From: Octopus bimaculoides | Taxonomy: Eukaryota | DNA length: 33,000 nt | Assembly: GCF_001194135.2 (NCBI RefSeq) | Contig: NC_068985.1 | Coordinates: 67,632,728-67,665,727, forward strand | Reading direction: 5' to 3' | In this document: piece by piece, positions 1 through 10,198 of the stretch | Layout: each line of letters starts with the position of its first letter | Numbering within the stretch: the stretch's first letter is position 1 | The notes under the pieces: generated by a model | The model's database searches: none | Told to the model about the DNA's origin: nothing | What the model saw: only the letters and a program-made list of their open reading frames with translations | Program-made: the position numbers and the translations under genes

Positions 1-10
1 AGACATTAGA

Positions 11-251
11 GTGGCATTTCATCAGACTTGCATGAAATGTGCGCTTCTTACCCTGAGTTTATATTGGGAGGAAACGAAAAGGACATAAAAGTACGGGTGG
101 GGGATGAATAATTAATATAGAGACCTTATGAGAAGAAGGGTGAGGAAGACATATATTAATTATTCATCCGCTAACCATACTTGTTTTGCTTTGGTTTCCA
201 CCCGGCTAGAGGACGCCTAATATAAGAGCGCACCCTTGATGCGAATGTGAC
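11..251. repeat. Degenerate foldback / MITE-like inverted-repeat element
   Basis: Perfect 18-bp inverted repeat ggatgaataattaatata (102-119) / tatattaattattcatcc (152-169). Imperfect complementarity extends outward: gtacgggtgg/ctaaccatac, gtgcgcttctta (39-50)/taagagcgcac (223-233), gtggcatttcatcag (11-25)/cttgatgcgaatgtgac (235-251). Confidence 0.55.
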
Positions 252-650
252 AAAGTTCCACCATAAACAATACGTAAATGTGTACTTCAAATTTAGCGTA
301 AGCCGGCGTTGCAAACAGAGTTAGTACAAAAAACAAGTGTAAGTGATGTGTAAGGTTGCCTTAAAGCATTTCTTTTAATTATTATTTGGATTATATTTTA
401 CTCCTCGCTACATCCACACAACGGTTTTACCGTCGTGAAACCAGAACTTTCTACACCTGAAGATTGTCGGCATTAGTCTGGAATGCGACATTGTTTGGAT
501 TCCAGGACTCACGTTAAATGCTTCTCCGGAAATAACCTACCTTTATACTCTAACAAGACCTTATATGTGTGTTTGTGTTGGTGAATGTATGTGTTTTTGT
601 GTGTATGTTTCTTTANNNNNNNNNNTATATATATATATATATATATATAT

Positions 651-941
651 CGTTGTATCACCAGAAGTGATTAAAAGGACCCTTTAATAAAACATCATCT
701 GTCAACTCAGGCAACGAAGTTCAACAACAGAGTATGTTTATTTCTTGACCCTACAACATCTCGTTAAGCCATACTACTCATCCTGACACTCGCATACACA
801 AATATAAAAACGAGACTAACATCGCAACAGACTCCTCCCACTCCGTTTTCATTACCATTCATTTCTCTCTTTCATTCATTTCTATATAAGTTGTAGAATG
901 TTTACCAAGTTCCCAGTGACAGAAGCAAGATATAATTAACA
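651..941 (-). mobile_element. Possible solo LTR (Gypsy-like)
   Basis: Minus strand starts TGTTAAT and ends GATACAACG (near TG..CA), with an internal T/A-rich TATA-like tract and AATAAA. Flanks atat/atag resemble a 4-bp TSD. Pattern only. Confidence 0.25.
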
Positions 942-2796
942 ATAGGTTTCATAAGCAATCACAGAAACAGGCATCCATAATACTAGTAATCTTATTTGAA
1001 TCAATATTTATTATATGTACAACTGAAGTATCGTTTTGTTGCCCACATCAAATGGAGCAGACATAGATCCTCACCTACGACCTACATTTACAGCATTCTA
1101 CCCATACACAATAGAAAACAGAATAATATCAAAACATAAACATATTATACATTCTAATTACATAGGTGATATACTAATTGTAATAGATACACTTTAGAAA
1201 TGTAAGAACACCACCCTGTACGAACATTGAATGATAATACAAAGAGGCACTGTTCAGGACATAGGTATATACCTTGAAAAACAAAGTAGATATATTATGC
1301 CAGGGTAGTATAAGTTGTCAGGGGGAAAATCACACCTCAGAACATTATTTATATTTTTACCAACAAGAATTAAACAAATATTAGTTAACAACGGATACTC
1401 TAAAGGGATATAAAATGATATAGAGAGGCAAATACAACACAGCAAATGTACATGAGAGTCTATGCTTAACAGAAATTTACAAACCACACGGAAAAGTTTT
1501 TAAATGAATCAAATGCACACAATTTATCCAGCAGATGATCATGAATTAAAAATACTGGTAAAATGCAGCTTAAAATTCATCACACTCGACCATAAATTTT
1601 GAATTTGAAAATAAGCATCCAAAGCTAAATGCAGTACAAAACACCGAAACCAAAATGTTCTTATAATATATAGCAAACATACGAACCCAATTACAAACTG
1701 CATGCAGCTAATCCGGTGTATAAATTTGACTTTAAAACTGGACGTTGCAAACTTCATGTCGCCAGCTGTTACATTGGACAGAGAATACAAAATTCTCACG
1801 TTGGTTCACTATGCATTTGTCATACGGAACAACTGGATGACATTACACCGCATAATACAAAGTGATATTAGATAGGTAAATGCTAGAGGAAAATAGCCAT
1901 ATACTTTATAGAATTCCACACAAAAACAAGATTAATTAAGGGAAATACGCTCGTATCAGCATTCAATGCCATACTTAGCCAGCAACCGCATTCATCAAAT
2001 CTATGCGCTTGCGCACACGAACACACAGACATACACATGCGCACACACAGACACTCACACACACACACGCGCACACACACACACAAACCCCCCCCCACAC
2101 ACACATATATATATATATATATACTATATATAAAAATACGTACACACACTTATCCAGAGTTGGCCAGAAGTCAATCGACAGTAAATCAAAATTCAATATA
2201 TACTACCTGTAATACTGTATTGACTCGAATGGAAAAATCTGTCGTTCAAGAACGACTTTTGTTTGAATAATTTTCATAGTGTTTCATATTAAGATGCTTT
2301 TATTAAATTCATTGAGTTGCAATACATAAATAAATCTTGGAATTAAATGGTTTTGCTCTACTGTCAGGTATGTAGATATCTGCATTTGGTTGTGTGTGTG
2401 CGAACATGTGTCTGAGTGCATGTGTGTATGTGAGAGTGATAGTCTGGTTCAATTTGTATTAATGTACCTATAAATTATATTGATAACAACATAGCAGCCG
2501 CACGAATTGTTAGCATTCAAATTCCACCACACTCCCGCTCAAGGAAGCAAAAAAGGCATCAGTAAGCATGATTCATAAAATGTTATTATTACTTACAGAG
2601 TTACATTTAAATATTTCTTAGGCTTTTAGGTACATTACATGCAAAGCAAATTATATATCGTATATATCAGACGATTATCGTGACCACGTTTATCACTCCT
2701 ACAACAGGCACTAGTACAGGTAAATTTAAAGCGATTCATCAGAAATTTATAATCAAAATTGCAAAAATCATAGAAACAAATGTGTATCTTTGTCTT

Positions 2797-2798
<2 letters not shown>

Positions 2799-2862
<64 letters not shown>
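2799..2862. repeat. (CT)n microsatellite
   Basis: Directly visible; generates spurious SLSL/ERER ORFs. Confidence 0.97.
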
Positions 2863-2864
<2 letters not shown>

Positions 2865-3372
2865 CTCTCTCACTTTTTCTCTCTTCTCCTCTGTCTCTCT
2901 GTCTTCTGCCCTCTCTCTCTGGAGCTCGCTCACTATATGTATATATATATATATATATATAGGTTATGGAGGTTTTATCATCTCAAAAATGCAAATATAT
3001 CCTACTCTCTAACATGGTCAATACTGGACTCAGGGCTTCCCTACCGAGGTCAACGCTCAGCCTGCAAACTTTGACTGAAGGAGGCACTTCACATAATAAA
3101 CCCTAACTCACCAACTTTGCTAAATAAAAATACTGAGACACTAAACACATGTAATAATAGCATTTTTCATACATTCAAATTCTACCACAGACCCAAATTC
3201 CAAAATGACCATGCAGTACATTTCCACAATAACCCTTGGTAATCCCTATGACCTTATACATATATTTTAATTTTTAACCCCTATCTAACCCCTCACTCAA
3301 GCTCATACTTGAATTTCACAACCATCTAACTATATTTGTGTGTGCGTGCACCCATGCATATGTACGTGTATA

Positions 3373-3376
<4 letters not shown>

Positions 3377-3414
<38 letters not shown>
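3377..3414. repeat. (TG)n microsatellite
   Basis: Directly visible. Confidence 0.97.
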
Positions 3415-3423
<9 letters not shown>

Positions 3424-3586
3424 ATGTATGTATGTATACAAGGTATATATACATGCGTGTACAGGGGTGATAAGACATACAGATGCACGTATATGTGGGT
3501 ACGTACGTATCCATATACATATGAGTACGAGTTATATGTGTAGATTTTGATATATATAAATATCTGTATAGCATATGGCGTGACTG

Positions 3587-3636
<50 letters not shown>
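3587..3636. repeat. (TATC)n microsatellite with a degenerate 24-bp-unit extension to ~3700
   Basis: Directly visible. Confidence 0.95.
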
Positions 3637-3637
<1 letters not shown>

Positions 3638-3859
3638 GTATCTAGCTAGCTATCCCTCTATCTATCTACCTAGCTATCCCTCTATCTATCTACCTATCTA
3701 TCTTTCTTCTTACTCATCTCCCCCTCTCGCTCTGCTTCCGTCTGTTGTCATGGCTTCTACGCCACTGCTATACACATCTCTCTCTTCCTCCATGTTCTAC
3801 TTCCTCCCTCTACCATCGTCTCTGCTCACGTGTGACTTGTGGTCAACTCTCTCTCTTTT

Positions 3860-4188
3860 CACTCCTTCCACTATGAAGGCATGACGAACTGTCTTTTCTC
3901 CGTCCAGCTTCGTCCTATCACTAGCGTTCAATACCAGATTCGCGTTTGGCCGTACGGCTTTTTAATGCTGTTTTCACTGTCCATTTTTTCCTGTCTTGGT
4001 TTGTGTTTGCCACCTTGGAATCCTCTGTTTAGTGGGTCGATCCACTACTCAGGAAGAGACTATTCTAGAGTACGTCTAGTTAGAATAGAGGCAGCTGACG
4101 AAGGATTAATTCCAAATGGCTATCTGTTTTCCTATGTGTTCGTTCCGTTGTCTGTAGTTCATTTTTCTAACGTCCTGTACCCTGATAT
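3860..4188 (+). mobile_element. Possible Penelope-like terminal repeat (pLTR) remnant with decayed hammerhead-like motif
   Basis: CTGACGA (4095-4101), mini-stem gga/tcc, then aaa-tggcta-tc, resembling decayed GAAA-CGGCCG-TC. Truncated by the N-gap at 4189. Confidence 0.3.
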
Positions 4189-4657
4189 NNNNNNNNNNNN
4201 NNNNNNNNNNNNNNNNNNNNNNNNNNNNNNNNNNNNNNNNNNNNNNNNNNNNNNNNNNNNNNNNNNNNNNNNNNNNNNNNNNNNNNNNNNNNNNNNNNNN
4301 NNNNNNNNNNNNNNNNNNNNNNNNNNNNNNNNNNNNNNNNNNNNNNNNNNNNNNNNNNNNNNNNNNNNNNNNNNNNNNNNNNNNNNNNNNNNNNNNNNNN
4401 NNNNNNNNNNNNNNNNNNNNNNNNNNNNNNNNNNNNNNNNNNNNNNNNNNNNNNNNNNNNNNNNNNNNNNNNNNNNNNNNNNNNNNNNNNNNNNNNNNNN
4501 NNNNNNNNNNNNNNNNNNNNNNNNNNNNNNNNNNNNNNNNNNNNNNNNNNNNNNNNNNNNNNNNNNNNNNNNNNNNNNNNNNNNNNNNNNNNNNNNNNNN
4601 NNNNNNNNNNNNNNNNNNNNNNNNNNNNNNNNNNNNNNNNNNNNNNNNNNNNNNNNN
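4189..4657. other. Assembly gap (N run); other gaps at 616-625, 16721-16730, 20815-21021, 22147-22430, 25476-25618, 31676-31766
   Basis: N characters in the sequence; most gaps abut (TA)n tracts. Confidence 0.99.
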
Positions 4658-4713
<56 letters not shown>

Positions 4714-4736
4714 TGTATGTATGTATGTATGTATGT
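4658..4736. repeat. (TA)n + (TATG)n compound microsatellite
   Basis: Directly visible. Confidence 0.95.
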
Positions 4737-5513
4737 ATAATGTATACTTTCTCACATGTTTGTATTCTACTACTAGTACTGACCTGTCTAACCATCTGCA
4801 ATTGACCATCTGCAATTGACACTCCTTAAAGGTTTATATCTCTCTCTCCATAAACCCCATTCCTTCTATCTTTCTACACTCTAATATCTTTGTCTCTCTT
4901 TCACCCTTCTCCTCCAGTTACTACCTTCTTATTATATTCACTGACCATTCTGGTACACTTTCCCTTATCTCTACTTTTGTTTTCCTTCTTCCTTTCTTTT
5001 CTTTATACCTTTTATTATTTTTTCTTTCTTTTTTCTTCCCTTTCTCCCTCTTTTTTCCTCTCCTTTTATTCGTCTCTTCCTGTTTTCAATTTGACCTTAC
5101 TAACAGATTCCCTACTTTTAGTTGACTTTAAACAAAACCCTTCATTCAATAACACTGTGTATAAACTCTGTTTTTGGAATGAACAATTTCAGAGACTGTT
5201 GGATTTTACTCATATGGCATTGAAATCATAATAATGTATTTACAAATGCAAAGACCAGTCTTAAAGTCTGTTGGATTTTACTCACAAGGTATTGGAGACT
5301 TATATGCATACCATTCTGCCTAAACAGAATGGTATGCATTCACTCTCTATTTCCTATCTTATCTAAATCAACTATTGCTTAACCATCCTCTCACACCGTC
5401 TGCGATGAAGGGTTATAATAAATACCATGGAAACAGCTGTAAGACCTTCTATTTATAAATGTTCTATAATGCACATAGCCTTGGTTTTTTTCATCTCATT
5501 ACGGAAGATAAAT

Positions 5514-5517
<4 letters not shown>

Positions 5518-5582
<65 letters not shown>
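5518..5582. repeat. (TA)n + (TG)n compound microsatellite
   Basis: Directly visible. Confidence 0.95.
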
Positions 5583-5590
<8 letters not shown>

Positions 5591-7958
5591 TGTGGGTGTG
5601 TGTGTGTATGTGTGTATGTGCGTGTGCGTGTATACACACACATGCGTGTGTGTTCTTTTACATACTGCATATTGTAGATTATCCTTTTCACCACTTCTAC
5701 TAACTACTACAAATGCCTTACTGTAGGTTACATTGTCGCACTGGTGGGACATAATATGCAAAGGAACTTCTTGGATTCTATACTTGATTGTTGTCAAGGA
5801 TATATCAATGAACATCCTGTGAATGGAGTTATGTTATTTCAGCCACAACACGTCATCAGAAATATAGCGTATCGGCAAAATGTCGTGAATGGCTATATTT
5901 TCAGTAATCTTCAAATACGTAGTATTGGAGAACAGAATACGTTGACTTAGACGAACAACCCGGATATTATTTCACGCTTTAAAGGATTTGCTTCTCCAGC
6001 ACAGGTGCAGGGTTTTATAACAGAAATAACTGATGCATAAAAGTCATAGTGAAGCAGGTAAATTATCTGGGTATAACAACCGATACACAGCCTGAAGAAT
6101 TAAATGTGAAGATTTCATCAACATTATAAGGAAATGGCAGTTATATAAAAATGATATGGTAGTTGAAACTTTATACAGCCTAATCTGTAGAAAGGATAAT
6201 CTTGAGTATATGACTATAAGAATACTTGTTGATATAGAGGACACAGTCACATAGTGTTTTGCTCATTGTTTTCATATTCTCAGTTATGATCTCACCGAAA
6301 TCATCTTTAGCTTTAATCGTTCTGGTTATCGATAAATCTTGTACCACGCAAGTAACGCGGTCGATTTAATTGACTAAATAATTTGACCTCTTTAACGTAG
6401 AATAATTGCCAGCTAATAATGTCTTCCTTTAAAAATACTCTGATCTGAGCTCAACAGATATTAAACCGACAAAACCTCTTGCAAGAAATATAAATTAACG
6501 AGAAGGAGCATTAATCAACGTGTTTGTCTTCACCGACGTCAAAACAACAACAAAAGCAATATTGGTGACATCAGCACACATACATGAACATGGTCAAAGA
6601 AAAATGGCACGAACGGGCCAAACTTTATTGTGTGCAAGTGAAGATTCAAATAAGAAAGCGCAAATTATAAAGTATTTTAATGGAAGGATTAATGCACAGC
6701 AATATCTTTCACATAAAAAGGGAATTAGCCTGCCAGAAACAGACAAAGAAACGAGAAAGTGCAAAATACTTGTCTTGTTAAGGCCAAAGAATGCCCTTTT
6801 CTGAAACAAGGAGAAATTGGCGACAAATATTACGCACCCGTTGGAAGAAGTATCCTGTACTTCAACAGTGTCACTTAATGTTTAATCTTCAACATACAGG
6901 ATGTTGGGGGAGCGGAAGCTTAGTCATTTACTATAATGGGTAAGCACTAAAATCATGGACCGCCAGGTCTGCCTCTGGTTCGTCGTTTCATGGCAAAATA
7001 TAGGCAAATATTATAACCGACGTAATTTTCATCGATACAGGGTTTGACTTGGTCATAATCCGAGAAAACTATAAATGGACATCAACATTATACTGTATAA
7101 TGAGAGGTAGGCATAAAACGTGCACACCAAAATCAGTAAGTTTCTCCAAGTTACAGCAATATTATACTATTTATAAGAATGTGCTTTAGATTTTTATCGA
7201 AGTATATCGGCAAACTTTAGAAACATAACTAAACCTAAGGAAAGTAATAAGAACTTCCAGAAATCGCTCGAACGGGAACTACTTCCATTAAAATGAGACA
7301 CCGTGGTGATGAAATATCTGTACAATATGAATGAACGAATATCTTTCAAGAAGGCGATCCTCGCTCCGGTAAAGATGCCATCACCTATTATGAAGATGAA
7401 TCCATGTCCTTATTACTAGAAATCTCTCTGTCATAAAGAAATATGAATCGGAAAGGGAATGTGGTCAGGGTACAAGTGTAAATATGACGAAAAAAAAAAA
7501 AGTAAAGGATTCATTTTATATCTACTTTCCGTTAAATGTTCCCAGTGTAAGTAAGAAAATGCAAATGAGGCGATTCTGTACTCGCAAGATTCTTATATGT
7601 TATTACTTATTTCCTAGTACAAACATCCGTTGTGTTATATAAGCATTCCTCACATGAACTTCTAGATGGACAGGGAGTTTAAAGCGGCTGCTTTACAGTG
7701 AAACGCAGTATTTATAATACCATGATATTTTAAATGCTACCTTCAAAATCTGGGATATTGTTTCTAATTTACCGGCAAGATGTGCAACCAATGCAAACGG
7801 ATTTTCTCTGGGGGAATTATCAAACATTCTTTACTGATATATAGCACGCACATTGGCAAAGACAATTTTTCATTGACGTGATAATGCTAATAAACGAATT
7901 CTCTTTTTCGTGACAGATATTATTTACACATTCTACACATCATAGTTCTCAGTTGTTT

Positions 7959-7986
7959 TCTTTCTTTCTTTCTTTCTTTATTTATT

Positions 7987-8039
<53 letters not shown>

Positions 8040-8044
8040 CTCCT

Positions 8045-8116
<72 letters not shown>
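7959..8116. repeat. (TTTC)n microsatellite
   Basis: Directly visible; explains the FFLS ORF 7953-8210. Confidence 0.95.
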
Positions 8117-8835
8117 TGTTTTACTTGCTACTTGTTATTTCATACAACTGTTGTTTTTCTGTGTCATGGAATATAGCAATGTGGAGCCCTACTATTCTAT
8201 TCTTTTCTAACTCTAAGGTAAGGTACTATTATATATATATATATAAAATAACACGGTGCGTAGATATTCTATTTAAGAAAGAATGTTGAACGATCTTCTG
8301 AACAATGACGCTCTGAAAAAGATGTCTTGTTTACTGAAAAGTTGACCATAGTTGTGCTTTACGAGTCACTTTTACCCTGATTCTAATTTCATTTTTTTTT
8401 TTTTGTCACTTGAGGAAAGACAAACGAAATTAAGTTGATTATACAATTCTCTCAGTAGATTAGCTGTTCTCTTCTATTGCAAGAGAGAGAATCTTGCTCC
8501 CGTGTTTTTCACTACAATAGGAAAAAATATATGTACCTGTATATTGTTAAAACTTCTCTTTTTTAAAAAATCTTCTTTGCTATTGATTCTTTAACATATA
8601 GCTATTTTTACATATAGCTATTCCAGTTTCTATGTGCACTATAATTTAGGCTGAATTCTATTAAACTGAATTATTATTAACTTTCAAGAAGAAGAAGAAG
8701 GAAATATGAGGCATGAAAATATTTCTTAAAAATAAAAGTATTATCGTTCACAGTTCACTGGTATTAGAACTGGTAGGAAGAGAGAGGGGCACATAGATAA
8801 AGTTACATGTTTAAATGTTATACAAAAAAGCCACC

Positions 8836-8949
8836 TTCATCCCAGTGCTTAGGTTCTCAATAGATCACACCACAAAAAATAGTAAAATCAGGCCAATTTT
8901 AGAGTACATTAATGAGCGAATAAAAATGTTTGATAGTGATCAGAACGTC
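8836..8949 (+). mobile_element. Probable piggyBac-type transposase remnant
   Basis: FIPVLRFSIDHTTKNSKIRPILEYINERIKMFDSDQNV resembles the piggyBac/PGBD segment RF..I.RFLHF.DN..D...KIRP....LN.RF...Y.P.QN. No catalytic residues or TTAA/TIRs found. Confidence 0.45.
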
Positions 8950-9354
8950 TTATATCCCACAACTTTAATTTATATTTCCAATCAAGTTTCCATTATTCAA
9001 GTTAAAATATAATCAAATCAGGTTCTTTACAAAGTTTTATTTCTCTTTCTATAAAAAAAATGGACTTATAAAAATTACAGAAAGTTATTAAAATAAGACA
9101 TTGACATACGAGACCAAGTTTTAAAAGATAAATAGCTACTAAAAAAAAAATAGTTGCTATATAGGAATATATGGACAGAATTTTCACCAGTACAGTATTT
9201 TATGAAGGGTACAACATACCTGCATACAATGCAATACGTCACTTGAAATATTGTTTGCACAAACACATTACTTTGAGAAATATCTAACATACATTAGGTA
9301 AAATGCAGCCTGCTTATAACATTTCAATATAGCTTTCCATATTTGCCAATTATG

Positions 9355-9565
9355 AAGGCAGTTCACTGGCAGAATCGTTAGCACACCAGCAAAAATGCTT
9401 ATCCGTATTTCGTCTGTTTTACGTTCTGGTTTCAAATTCCGCCCGGCCAACTTTGCCTTTCCTCTTTCGGGATTGATAAAATAATTACCACTTGAGCACT
9501 GACGTTGATTTATTCGACTTAGACCTTCTCCCAAAATTCCTGACCTTTTGCTAAAATTTGAAACC
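9355..9565 (+). mobile_element. tRNA-derived cephalopod-type SINE (Ceph/RTE-5'UTR-like core), decayed copy
   Basis: aaggcag..ggcagaatcgttagcac..aaatgctta..gtatttcgtc..gttctggtttcaaattccgcc..tttgcctttc..tttcggg..gataaaata; homologous to copies at 9984-10198 and 23747-23935. Confidence 0.85.
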
Positions 9566-9569
9566 AATA

Positions 9570-9671
9570 CTCTTTTCTCTTTTACTCTTTTACCGAACTG
9601 CTAAGTTACGGGGACGTAAACACACCACCATCGGTTGTCAAGCGTTGGTGGGAGGACAAACACAGACACAA

Positions 9672-9728
<57 letters not shown>

Positions 9729-9891
9729 TACGACGGACTTCTTTCAGTTTCCGTCTACCAAATCCACTCACAAGGCTTTGGTCGGCCCGAGGCTATAGTA
9801 GAAGACACTTGCCCAAGGTGCCACGCAGTGGGACTGAACCCGGAACCATGTGGTTGGTAAGCAAGCTACTTACCACAGCCACTCCTGCGCC
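9570..9891 (-). mobile_element. tRNA-derived SINE (octopus OR/OK-like, CORE-like ccttgggcaag motif) with internal (TA)n/(TG)n microsatellite
   Basis: Minus strand ggcgcaggagtggctgtggtaag (A-box-like), ggttcagtccc (B-box-like), ccttgggcaagtgtcttctac..gatttggtagacggaaactgaaagaag, microsatellite, then gtgtttgtcc..cttgacaaccgatggtggtgtgtttacgtccccgtaacttagc. Confidence 0.85.
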
Positions 9892-9983
9892 AATATTAGT
9901 CAATTATAAATGTAAAAGAAATAATTTATACGACGGACCTATTTCTCCTTTCAACCACAGTTCATATTCATTTTCCATATATT

Positions 9984-10198
9984 CTTTTCTACTCTAGGCG
10001 TAAGGCCCGAAATTTTGCGGGTAGGGGGGCCTGTCGATTAGATCGACCGCAGTACGCAACTGGTACTTAATTTATCGACCCCGAAAGAATGAAAGGCAAG
10101 GTCGACCGCGGCGGAATTTGATCTCAGAACATAAGACAGACGAAATACCGGTAAGCATTTCGCCCGGGGTGCTAACGTTTCTGCAAGCTCGCCGCCTT
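9984..10198 (-). mobile_element. tRNA-derived cephalopod-type SINE, near full length, with 17-bp TSD
   Basis: Minus strand aaggcggcgagcttgcagaaacgttagcac..gttctgagatcaaattccgcc..ggtcgaccttgcctttcattctttcggggtcgataaattaagtaccagt. TSD ttcattttc[c/g]atatatt at 9967-9983 and 10199-10215 (1 mismatch). Confidence 0.9.

Noticed and set aside
5196-5284. Two repeats with CRISPR-like spacing
   Set aside because: Only two units, eukaryotic context, no cas genes; better explained as a local duplication.
6100-6280. EDFINIIRKWQLYK..TIRILVDIEDTVT*CFAHC, faintly like a hAT C-terminal dimerisation domain
   Set aside because: The diagnostic S.A..ER.FS motif is absent; similarity is too weak to call.
6520-6830. 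94-aa ORF and overlapping CLVKAKECPFLKQ frame
   Set aside because: Considered Tc1 and the Penelope Cys-rich linker, but no ordered motif set could be matched.
7250-7430. FQKSLERELLPL / IFQEGDP / MPSPIMKMNPCPYY, reminiscent of Tc1/mariner motifs
   Set aside because: Catalytic residues are missing and the blocks sit in different frames; could be chance in AT-rich DNA.
9830-9891. tRNA-like A/B boxes on the minus strand
   Set aside because: This is a SINE head with no complete cloverleaf, not a tRNA gene.
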